DNA of 36,046 nucleotides from Octopus bimaculoides (GCF_001194135.2 NC_069002.1:5950240-5986285); one strand, 5' to 3'. Numbered from the stretch's first letter, positions 1-11,025 are shown. Notes: generated by a model from the sequence alone, not told the origin. Program-made: numbers and translations.

Positions 1-342
1 AAAAAAAAAAAAAAAACTGTGCCAGTGCTGTGTAAAAGCACCCAGTACACTCTGTAGAGTGGTTGGTGGTGTTACGAAGGGCATCCAGCTGTAGAAACCA
101 TGCCAAAACAGACATGGAGCCTGAACAGCCCTTCAGCTGATCAGCTTCTACCAAACCTTCCAACCCATGCCAGCATGGAAAATGGACGTTAAATGATGAT
201 GATGATGATGATATGTACACATATATACATACATACACACACATATATATGCACATATATGTAATACATACATACATAAATATATAGACACACATACATT
301 TATAAATATATATATGTACATATATACACACACACACATATA

Positions 343-409
<67 letters not shown>

Positions 410-931
410 GTATAGTGAGAGAGAAAGAGGAGAGAAACACTTCTCACTGATTATTTTTGTTTGTTTGTTTGTATTTATTTATTGGTCTTCATAGCAATAT
501 AAATATCAATCAAATATCTTTATTGAACAGATCAGATATTTATGTTGCTATTGATACTGTTGCTTACAAACATACAGACACACTTAGCAACAGAGATCAA
601 ATGCAATCGTGCAAAAACTGCATCTACTAAGTAATTTCTTATAAGCACGTCTTAAAAACCCAAAACACCATTTTTATGACCATATTTCAAATGTACTCTT
701 ACAACTACCACCACTGTTACCACCACTGCCATCACCACTGCTATCACCACCGCCACAGCAAGAAGTATTGTTTTTAAGTCTCTTTTCCATGCTGGCATAA
801 GTTGGACGAGACTTCTTGAAGCAGTATTCTGCAGCTAAAAGCCTTTCATGATGGCAATCCTTTCCATGTTTTTTATCCATCCATCTTCTCTACCTCCCAT
901 TTGTATTTATCCTTACACCACTTGTCTAGAG

Positions 932-1371
932 TAGGGGTTGCCAAACTTTTGTGACCATCGATGCCCTTAAGCCACTTCTCCTTCTACATTAACCACCCTC
1001 TTCATTTAAAATATCTTAATACCCTACCCTACCATATCTTAAATGCATACCAGCTACTGACAATGGCAATTAAAATGTTTGCTAAAATATACCTGTATGA
1101 CAAATTAAGAAATTCTATTGAAGATGACACACTTTTTACATTTAAAACTACGTGTACAAATATACAGTATTAAACTTTCAATTTTTATGAAATTGTTTTC
1201 ACAGAAAATAGGAAAAACGCTTCATGTTTTCCCAAGTTTCATGGCGCTGACTATGTATTTAAAGCAGTTCATGTGGGTGAGCTGGTCTTTCGCACGCCGA
1301 CCCCATTCGACCCCCTAAAATTCCTCACTGACCCCTAGAGGGTCCGTTGGACCCCTCATTGGCAACCCCTG
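932..1371. mobile_element. Non-autonomous hAT (Charlie-like) DNA transposon/MITE, 440 bp
   Basis: TIRs tAGGGGTTGCCAA (932-) and TTGGCAACCCCTG (-1371). 8-bp target-site duplication GTCTAGAG (924-931) / GTCTACAG (1372-1379), 7/8 identical and fitting the NTCTAGAN preference of Charlie-type hATs. No transposase ORF. Confidence 0.85.
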
Positions 1372-1778
1372 GTCTACAGCAAGAAATGTTCTCCATGACA
1401 TAACACAGTNNNNNNNNNNNNNNNNNNNNNNNNNNNNNNNNNNNNNNNNNNNNNNNNNNNNNNNNNNNNNNNNNNNNNNNNNNNNNNNNNNNNNNNNNNN
1501 NNNNNNNNNNNNNNNNNNNNNNNNNNNNNNNNNNNNNNNNNNNNNNNNNNNNNNNNNNNNNNNNNNNNNNNNNNNNNNNNNNNNNNNNNNNNNNNNNNNN
1601 NNNNNNNNNNNNNNNNNNNNNNNNNNNNNNNNNNNNNNNNNNNNNNNNNNNNNNNNNNNNNNNNNNNNNNNNNNNNNNNNNNNNNNNNNNNNNNNNNNNN
1701 NNNNNNNNNNNNNNNNNNNNNNNNNNNNNNNNNNNAAAAAAAAAAGAAAAAAAAAAGAAAAGAAAACACCATATTTAC

Positions 1779-1906
1779 CTAAATTATACCAGACATCCAT
1801 TTCTCCACTGAGTGTTCGAACTTCAATGATTGTCTGTCCCAAGAAATCGTCTGATTCCCTGGTCAGCTTTTGCCTCAGTTTTGATTTCAGATCATTATCT
1901 TCATCC
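1779..1906 (-). CDS. unc-13: unc-13 exon (128 nt, phase 2-1): C2B (W)[42 protein letters not shown]
   Basis: Acceptor cttttag|G and donor TTA G|gtaaat. Contains the WDED and RESDDFLG Ca2+-loop aspartates and the Munc13 motif [20 protein letters not shown]. Confidence 0.98.
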
Positions 1907-2256
1907 CTAAAAGAATACACAAAAAAACAAACAAACACACAAAAACAGTTGAAACAAATATTTAAAACGAAATCCATGTCTCAATAATAAAGTTTTGATT
2001 TTTTTCAAATCAGGGATAATCCAGAATTATTTCCCCCTAATCTAAGTACTATTTGACACTAGCACTAAAAAAGAAAAAAAATATTTATTGTGTGTGTATG
2101 TGTTCGTTTTTTGTTTTTAATTATCAAAATTCTTCCTTTGAAGAAAGAGCTGGTTTCTAACAAAGATACGAAGCTCCAATGAAAACAATGTCGCATTTTA
2201 AACTTGTAACGATACCAGATAACTCATTTGTCTATATATGTATATATATATATATA

Positions 2257-2468
2257 TCATCATCATCGTTTAACGTCCGCTTTCCATGCTAGCATGGGTT
2301 GGACGATTTGACTGAGGACTGGTGAAACCGGATGGCAACACCAGGCTCCAGTCTGATTTGGCAGAGTTTCTACAGCTGGATGCCCTTCCTAACGCCAACC
2401 ACTCAGAGAGTGTAGTGGGTGCTTTTACGTGTCACCCGCACGAAAACGGCCACGCTCGAAATGGTGTC
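2257..2468 (-). mobile_element. SINE type-C tail, minus orientation (also 8246-8345). Plus copies: 17-212, 18250-18475, 19310-19585, 20670-20755, 30115-30270
   Basis: Shared CAACCCATGCYAGCATGGAAA..GGACGTTAAA(C/T)GATGATG 3' end. Confidence 0.8.
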
Positions 2469-3188
2469 NNNNNNNNNNNNNNNNNNNNNNNNNNNNNNNN
2501 NNNNNNNNNNNNNNNNNNNNNNNNNNNNNNNNNNNNNNNNNNNNNNNNNNNNNNNNNNNNNNNNNNNNNNNNNNNNNNNNNNNNNNNNNNNNNNNNNNNN
2601 NNNNNNNNNNNNNNNNNNNNNNNNNNNNNNNNNNNNNNNNNNNNNNNNNNNNNNNNNNNNNNNNNNNNNNNNNNNNNNNNNNNNNNNNNNNNNNNNNNNN
2701 NNNNNNNNNNNNNNNNNNNNNNNNNNNNNNNNNNNNNNNNNNNNNNNNNNNNNNNNNNNNNNNNNNNNNNNNNNNNNNNNNNNNNNNNNNNNNNNNNNNN
2801 NNNNNNNNNNNNNNNNNNNNNNNNNNNNNNNNNNNNNNNNNNNNNNNNNNNNNNNNNNNNNNNNNNNNNNNNNNNNNNNNNNNNNNNNNNNNNNNNNNNN
2901 NNNNNNNNNNNNNNNNNNNNNNNNNNNNNNNNNNNNNNNNNNNNNNNNNNNNNNNNNNNNNNNNNNNNNNNNNNNNNNNNNNNNNNNNNNNNNNNNNNNN
3001 NNNNNNNNNNNNNNNNNNNNNNNNNNNNNNNNNNNNNNNNNNNNNNNNNNNNNNNNNNNNNNNNNNNNNNNNNNNNNNNNNNNNNNNNNNNNNNNNNNNN
3101 NNNNNNNNNNNNNNNNNNNNNNNNNNNNNNNNNNNNNNNNNNNNNNNNNNNNNNNNNNNNNNNNNNNNNNNNNNNNNNNNNNNNNNNN

Positions 3189-3233
<45 letters not shown>

Positions 3234-4009
3234 ACATACATATATAGATATATATATATACATAGAATATACACACATATATACATATATTTCTGCAAAA
3301 ACTCACACACACAGAAGTACCCACTCAATGTATAACAGTGTAAACAGCTGAATATTCCACAGACACTTGTACCTTTAGTGTAATTCTCAGGCAGAATCAC
3401 AAGAATCACCCTTTGAATTCCTGGTACAATCCATCTGCAGAAGCCTCTAGAATTTCCATCAACTTAATTTCTTTTAAGAGGTTTAGATCAACTTGCACTT
3501 AAAGTATAAGACACTTGCTGAAGTTGTCAGTCTATGAGATCAAAGCCAAGATCTTGAAATTATGAACAGAAATTCTTAATCATTCATCCATACAACTATA
3601 CGCATGTAGCTTATACGACAGAACATTTCCTCAAACAATTATTAACTGGAAATGCCTCATAAATTCACCATATTCTGCTGAACCTGTTTCTTCCCATACT
3701 CATGTCAAAGAACACTGATTCTAATCAAAGAAAATTGAGAACTTAGATTCATAATGAAGAATGATACTCAAACAGATATTCATGCTGTTTGTTCTAATAC
3801 ATGGACAATTATTTTAAAAAAATGCTTTTATAAAGTATATTTATATAAAGGGTATTGTTAGTTTAGGTTCTTTGTTGGGAAGATAGTTAAGTGATTGAAA
3901 GTAAAGCTAGTTATGAAGATATCGTATTGCAGTCGAAGGCTATATTTTTCTATAAAGATATCTAGTAGCAAGTGAAAGTGTATTTTCTTGTTAAAATGCC
4001 TGTACTTAC

Positions 4010-4051
4010 CAAACTCTGACCTTGATTCTGTCTGAAGAATTGTGGCATTCA
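4010..4051 (-). CDS. unc-13: unc-13 exon (42 nt, phase 2-2): C2B (F)ECHNSSDRIKVRV(W); listed ORF 3858-4118 is a different frame
   Basis: Acceptor ttcttttgcag|T and donor TG|gtaagt. The peptide is the Munc13 ECHNSSDRIKVRVW motif and bridges the flanking exons in frame. Confidence 0.95.
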
Positions 4052-4289
4052 CTGCAAAAGAAAACAAACACAAATGTAAGATGATGTTGAGGACAAGGAA
4101 GAGGAGAAAAGATAACAATATTCTATGTTTTGTCAGTTAAAAAGACCAGAACTGGCAATCTGTCGGTTATGACAACGAGGGTTCCAGTTAATCCAATCCA
4201 CAGAACAGCCTGCTCATGAAATTAATGTGCAAGTGGCTGAGTACTCCACAAACACATGTACTCAGCGTGATGCAAAATGTGAATAACAG

Positions 4290-4557
4290 GTACAACACAG
4301 TTCTATATTTAAGAGATGAGGAATTATGTACATTATTTACATTTGATGGATATTTGAACTCATCTTGTTTGTTGTAAACACATTTTGGCTGATATACCCC
4401 TCCAGCCTTCACCAGGTGTCTTGGGGGAAATTTCGATCCTGGGTTCTCATTCCTAAGGTATTTTTTGATGTTATTATTATTATTATTCAGGTCACTGCTT
4501 GGAATCAAACTCGGAATCTTGGGGTTAGTAGCCCACACTCTTAACCACTATGCCATC
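4290..4557 (-). mobile_element. tRNA-headed SINE-like element (family F) inside the 608-nt intron
   Basis: Minus-strand head TGGCATAGTGGTTAAG...GAGTTTGATTCC, internal (AAT)n, 3' segment CAAGACACCTGGTGAAGGCTGG...CAGCCAAAATG. Single copy in the window. Confidence 0.6.
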
Positions 4558-4659
4558 AATTTGTTCGGCTAAAACCCTTCAAGGTGGTGCTCCAGCATGG
4601 CTGTAGTCAAATGACAGAAACAAGTACAAGAATAAAAGAATAAAAGAATATATATTTAC

Positions 4660-4801
4660 AAATAGAATTTTTCAGTCCAAACAGGATTTAGGTCTTGAGG
4701 CACTGTCTTAGTCCGTTTCTTTACTTTTCCAACTTGCACAGTCACATAAGGATCACTAGTGCCAGTTTTGTCTTTTCCTATAAGGCCCTGAGCACAAATA
4801 A
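4660..4801 (-). CDS. unc-13: unc-13 exon (142 nt, phase 1-2): C2B (V)[46 protein letters not shown](F); not in the ORF track
   Basis: Acceptor ctctttcag|TT and donor TT|gtaaat. C2 signature KDxxGxSDPYV...KKRTKT...LNPVW. Confidence 0.97.
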
Positions 4802-5635
4802 CTGAAAGAGAAAAGGTAAATAAAAATAAAGGAAGGATATATTACATTAGGATGGTCGATATTAGAGAAGAACGAAAGGCTAATTTACAGGCATTTCTGT
4901 AGCATAGTAGCAACATCGATACATTGTAACATAACATAATAGAATGTAACACAATATAACAACTCAACATTAAATAATTAGTGTTATGCATTGAGAGAAA
5001 TTATGTTTGCTTCAACAACTGTATTGTTAATAGCTGAAATTTGTATTATTAGTTTAGTTGTCTCGTTGGTGGGTAAAAAGAATAGGATGCTTCTGTTGTA
5101 TTTAAATATTTAAAAGTTAATAATACTGAAAGGAGGTATGCTACGTGTTTATGTGTGTCCAGAGAGGGGCGGTGCGGTGGTGGGTGGTGGGAATGGTTAC
5201 AATGCAAAGGAAGGGCCAAAGAAGATATACGGTTGGCTTATCACAGAAATGATTGGCCCTTCCACCAATAAATAGTAAATAAGGACTTATGAGATCACGA
5301 GGGAGTCTCTATGTGGTTGCTTGAGTTGCTAGAAATAACAGGCATATCTCTGAACGACACACTATCACTGTTTTAAAAACACGAGTACACAGTAGACAGA
5401 TCTTAGGCAAACTGCAGGAATTTCTGAATGGCAGATTTTCTACCATCAGATGCTCTTCCTGTCACCAAACCTCTCACCCATTTCCAAGCAAGGTCAACAT
5501 GTACAAAAAGTTGTTACATTCCATTTCTGTTTATTTCTTGGAATGTAGAAGAAAAAAAATTCATTGCAGGAATGTGCCAAAAGATTTTCACACATGAAGA
5601 AATAAGTGTGAATTGAATTATTACACCTTCACACA

Positions 5636-5678
<43 letters not shown>

Positions 5679-5775
5679 TCCTAATGTCACCAAATTGAAG
5701 TGAAAAAGAAATCCATAAAATATGTAGTAGAAGTAATAATAAATTTAATAATGATAATAATAATAATAATAATAG

Positions 5776-5987
5776 TTACAAATTTGGCCACAAGGGCAGC
5801 CATTTTGGGGGAAGGAGTTAAGTCGATTACATCGACCCCAGTGTTTCACTGGTACTTAATTCATTGACCCAGAAAGGATGAAAGGCAAAGTCAACCTCGG
5901 CAGAATTTGAACTCAGAACGTAACGCAGACGAAATACTGCTAAGCATTTCATCCAGCATGCTAACAATTCTGCCAGCTCTCCGCCTT
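5776..5987 (-). mobile_element. SINE family A, minus copy. Others: 6330-6420 (partial), 15380-15594, 16483-16723, 25832-26009
   Basis: Reverse complement of the family A consensus (GGATGAAAGGCAAAGT...GAATTTGAACTC...TCTGCCAGCTC). Confidence 0.85.
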
Positions 5988-6126
5988 GATAATAATAATA
6001 ATAATAATAATAGATATAGAGAAGGGTTCTTTACTTGTAAAACAAGAGTGATGGATTGTGTCAATCGTTTTACAAGTAAAGAACTCTTCTCTTCTGGTTG
6101 AGTTACTTCAGTCCTATATAAACTTT

Positions 6127-6163
<37 letters not shown>

Positions 6164-6468
6164 CAATAATATCCATGTCTTTGTGACAATGGTATCCATG
6201 TCAAATTTTAAAAGAGTTAAGTAATAAATACATAAATCATTAAAAAAAATCAAAAATATCGAAATTTAAAAAAAAATCAATGTCTAATATTTATTATAAG
6301 ACCATGAATATTTTGTTTGTAAGGGAGATGTATAGGCAATCAAATCAACCCCAATGTGTCACTGGTACTATATTTTACCAATCTTCAGAAGGATCAGAGG
6401 TGAGTTTCGAACTCAGAAAACTTTCATATTTTTGGAACACAAAATAGAAAATATTAAAAGCAAAAATA

Positions 6469-6720
6469 AAAAAAAAGAAGAAAAAACCTAAAAGATTGCA
6501 ACTGCTTAGCTATAGCCATTCCCTCCAGTTTCCTGTTTATAAATCTCTTTATTATCTTCTCTTCATATATCTATGTATTACCATTATACATGTATATATA
6601 TAGATATGTGTGTATGTGTACAAATCTATATATCTATACATATATATAGAGAGAGAGCATATACATTACAATATATATATACATGTATAAATGATTATAA
6701 TATACATATATATATATATC

Positions 6721-6776
<56 letters not shown>

Positions 6777-7588
6777 NNNNNNNNNNNNNNNNNNNNNNNN
6801 NNNNNNNNNNNNNNNNNNNNNNNNNNNNNNNNNNNNNNNNNNNNNNNNNNNNNNNNNNNNNNNNNNNNNNNNNNNNNNNNNNNNNNNNNNNNNNNNNNNN
6901 NNNNNNNNNNNNNNNNNNNNNNNNNNNNNNNNNNNNNNNNNNNNNNNNNNNNNNNNNNNNNNNNNNNNNNNNNNNNNNNNNNNNNNNNNNNNNNNNNNNN
7001 NNNNNNNNNNNNNNNNNNNNNNNNNNNNNNNNNNNNNNNNNNNNNNNNNNNNNNNNNNNNNNNNNNNNNNNNNNNNNNNNNNNNNNNNNNNNNNNNNNNN
7101 NNNNNNNNNNNNNNNNNNNNNNNNNNNNNNNNNNNNNNNNNNNNNNNNNNNNNNNNNNNNNNNNNNNNNNNNNNNNNNNNNNNNNNNNNNNNNNNNNNNN
7201 NNNNNNNNNNNNNNNNNNNNNNNNNNNNNNNNNNNNNNNNNNNNNNNNNNNNNNNNNNNNNNNNNNNNNNNNNNNNNNNNNNNNNNNNNNNNNNNNNNNN
7301 NNNNNNNNNNNNNNNNNNNNNNNNNNNNNNNNNNNNNAAAAAAAAGAAGAAAAAACCTAAAAGATTGCAACTGCTTAGCTATAGCCATTCCCTCCAGTTT
7401 CCTGTTTATAAATCTCTTTATTATCTTCTCTTCATATATCTATGTATTACCATTATACATGTATATATATAGATATGTGTGTATGTGTACAAATCTATAT
7501 ATCTATACATATATATAGAGAGAGAGCATATACATTACAATATATATATACATGTATAAATGATTATAATATACATATATATATATAT
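6469..7588. repeat. About 250-bp identical direct duplication (6469-6719 = 7338-7588) flanking the gap at 6777-7337; probable contig-overlap artefact
   Basis: Offset of 869 nt; no differences seen; the second copy starts exactly at the gap edge. Confidence 0.85.
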
Positions 7589-9083
7589 TTATACACACAC
7601 ATTTATGCAATTTATACAAATAGGATGCTGCATTTAAATGAAAGTTTTCTAATAAGATGAGAACTTTTCTTAGCTAATATCCTAAGTAGAATGGAAAAAA
7701 TTTGAATAATGTGTGTTATATTAAATAAACATTCCGAATGTCAAAAGCCAACATTGTCAGCGCCTTTATTAGCTGAAACGTCGACTCATTCCAATCTCAA
7801 TCTCTTTCAGATACAGCAACAGTATTAGCCCCAGGAAAAGGATAATGCTAACTGACTCAGTCCACTTCTCTGTTAATAGGTACCATTAGGAGGTGCAATG
7901 GCAGGATTTATTAACAGGTTTGATAAGTTTTGTCAATGTGGTGAATTGGCTGAGGCGTTAGACCACTGGATAGAATGTTTTGAGATATCTATTCCAGCCC
8001 TCTGCACGCCAAATTCAAATCCTGTCCAGGAGGCTTGCTTTACCATTGTTCAGTTGAGTGCCCTTCCTGTTAAGCCATGTGTCTCCAAAACACTCACACA
8101 CACACACACATTTAGGACAAACTTCCTTCAGTTTCTGTCTATCAAACTGCTTCACACAGTTTTGGTCATCCGAAGTCTATAGTAGGGAACACTTAAGCTA
8201 CCATATGGTTAGTAAACAAACTTCTCAGTCACAGAGCCATTTCCTCTGTCATCATCATCATCATTTAACATCCACTGTCCATGCTAGTATGGTTGGACAA
8301 TTTAACAGAATGGCAAGTCAGGGGAACCGACCCACGCCATGGCCACAGGATAATAGATAAATACCAGATAATTAATGGGAAAGTTAATTATTTTATTAAA
8401 ACCTTCTACATTTTGTATTCACTATCACAATTGGCTGAAATACAGAGGAAGCGTATTTCAATGAAATGTGATGACAAAAGGGTTATAAAAGTTATTTTAA
8501 TTCATATCATCAATAGATATGGCAAGCAGTTTTTATTTCAACCTGCTCCTAGAAATTATCAGTAGATCCTGTTAAGAGGCTTTTTAACATCAAAGTTGAG
8601 GAAACAGAGAAACCAATATGCTATCATAATAGGAATTGATTTTGTTTTTGCTTTCATCATCATTGTCATTATCATTGTTGTCTTTATTGTTTTAACATCC
8701 AATTTTCTATGCCTTGCATGGGTCAGACCGCATCTGCTGGAGGCAGATTTTTTCTATGGCTGGATGCGCTTCCTTTTGCAAACCCTCTCCTGCTTCCAAA
8801 CAAGGTAATATTTTCCCCCATGGTTAAGGTAGCGAGCTGGCAGAATTGTTTGCATGCTGGGGGAAATGCTTAGCGGTATTTTGTCTGCAGTTACGTTCTG
8901 AGTTCAAATTCCACCGATGCATACATACATACATACAAACATACATACATACATACATACATACATAGAAACCAAAATATCCTGTTGTTGATGTTGAAAT
9001 TCCAATGAAGGAGCCTTGGATCTAGGTTAGAAACCGGCTCTTTCTCTATTAGCAATAAATCTTGAAATAAACTGAATAATGAC

Positions 9084-9114
<31 letters not shown>

Positions 9115-10014
9115 CATACATACAAGGTTTCTAACAGAAAAAAGCTTTACACGTTTGTAATTTTTTCTGTTACAGTAATTATACAGGTTATTGATCTGTT
9201 TCCTAATTGTTGTATACATACTAAGTATCATAGATATACCTGTTTGAAAGCTACAGGAAAGCTTTTAGTGATTTCATTTGTGATATTAAACTGTTATTTA
9301 CATTTCGTCGAGTGAATACAAGCCAATGATATTTCTGAATGTTGACCCAATCAATCAATCATCACTTGGATACACATGGATTTATTGATTGCTTTTCTCG
9401 TTGATTCCAAATACAAAGATCCTATAGAATTTTATTAGTTCTTCCAATTGAGTAATCGAATGACATCTTACCTTACTTTCCCTCCCCAACCGTTTCAGCA
9501 AATGTGGGAACCTCTATTCGGTTCCACAAACTGTTAGAAATAACAACCATGTAACCCTCAAACCATGCTCTGACATCTTAGAAAAGGAAGGCTGCAGAAC
9601 CCAAAGACAGTTTGACTGGCTGCAAATATTTATTTTAGACTGCGGCCATGCTGGAGTACAGCATTGAAGAATTCTTAGTCAAATGAATCAACTCCAGGAA
9701 TTCTACTTTTTAAGTTTGGTACCTATTCTATTGATCTTTTTTTGCCAAACTGTTAAGTTATGGGAACATAAACACACCAACACCGGTTGTCAAGCAGTGG
9801 CATGGGGGGACAAACACAGACACAAAGGCACCTGCACACACATACAGACTGAACCCAGAACCATGCGGTTGGGAAGCAAGCATCTTACCGCACAGCCATG
9901 CCCGTGTCTAGATGTTAGATAAAGCTTGCAATCTAAAGAAATTATTACAAATAGACTGCTAAGGAGATCCAAGCCAAGGGGATGGTGTGGGGGATGGGGT
10001 TGGGGGTGATTTCA

Positions 10015-10070
10015 GGGGGCGGGTGCTGGACCAAGTGGGTGGACAGGGTTTTACACAGAGTCACGTGACT
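10015..10070. promoter_or_regulatory. Candidate cis-element: GC box GGGGGCGGG (10015-10023) and palindromic E-box AGTCACGTGACT (10059-10070)
   Basis: Motifs are seen directly within a G-rich, non-SINE island; function is not shown. Confidence 0.3.
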
Positions 10071-10522
10071 GACGGTGCTAAATTNNNNNNNNNNNNNNNN
10101 NNNNNNNNNNNNNNNNNNNNNNNNNNNNNNNNNNNNNNNNNNNNNNNNNNNNNNNNNNNNNNNNNNNNNNNNNNNNNNNNNNNNNNNNNNNNNNNNNNNN
10201 NNNNNNNNNNNNNNNNNNNNNNNNNNNNNTGACACACACACACATACACACACACACACACACAGACACACACACACACTAACACAAAGAATAAAGTGGA
10301 AAAGAAGATAAAACAAAAAAATAAAACAAAAGAAAAAGTAAAAATGAAGAGCATTCTTTCAATTTAGATGATAGACATGCAAATACACATAACAGTCTAA
10401 TTAAACATTTAAATCTTTTACAATATTGATTAAAATGTTAATATTAGTGAGAGTCGCCCCCCCCCCAAATGGGATGCTTATTAAAATTTTATTTTTTTGT
10501 TCAGGATTTTATTATGATGGAG

Positions 10523-10562
<40 letters not shown>

Positions 10563-10576
10563 ATTATTATTATTAT

Positions 10577-10800
10577 GGTGGTCAGCTAGCAGAATTGTGA
10601 GCATGCTGGGCAGAATGCTTAGCGGCATTTTGTTTGGCTTTCCTTTTCCGAGTTCAAATTCCACCAAGGTCAGCTTTACATTTCATCCTTTTGGGGGTCG
10701 ATATAATAAGTGCCAATTGAGTACTGGGGTTGATGCAATTGCCCAGCCCCCTCCCCCAAATTTTCAGGCTTTGTGCCTATAGGAGAAAGGATTATTATTA
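10577..10800 (+). mobile_element. tRNA-derived SINE family A (about 220 bp). Other + copies: 8826-8918 (head only), 13404-13620, 22571-22790, 22803-23022
   Basis: Recurrent consensus GGYGGYGAGCTGGCAGAAT.GTTAGCA...GAGTTCAAATTCC (pol III A/B-box-like), core GTCGACTTTGCCTTTCATCC...GGGGTCGAT, and (ATT)n tail. Confidence 0.85.
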
Positions 10801-10878
10801 TCATTGCTATTAAGGTGGCCCTTGTGGCAAAATTTGAAACGATTATTATTATTATAATTATTTTATTGTCTTTGCACA

Positions 10879-11025
10879 GCTTCGATTTGGCACTGTGGAG
10901 AGTACTCTCACAAAGCAACAGGTGTTAAAACATCTGAAAGTCGTAGACAGGTGAGATTCCAGACTTTCAGGTATTTTAATACCCGGTGCTTTGAGAGGGT
11001 ACTTTCCACCATGCGAAATCGCAGC
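10879..11025. other. Imperfect inverted repeat: 64-bp stem, 19-nt loop, no indels
   Basis: 10879-10942 pairs with 11025-10962; 52 of 64 Watson-Crick pairs checked base by base. Confidence 0.9.

Noticed and set aside
10230-10275. Sense-strand (UG)n tracts as TDP-43/CELF sites, by analogy with the human UNC13A cryptic exon
   Set aside because: CA/TG repeats occur in both orientations all over the window, and no cryptic exon can be tied to them.
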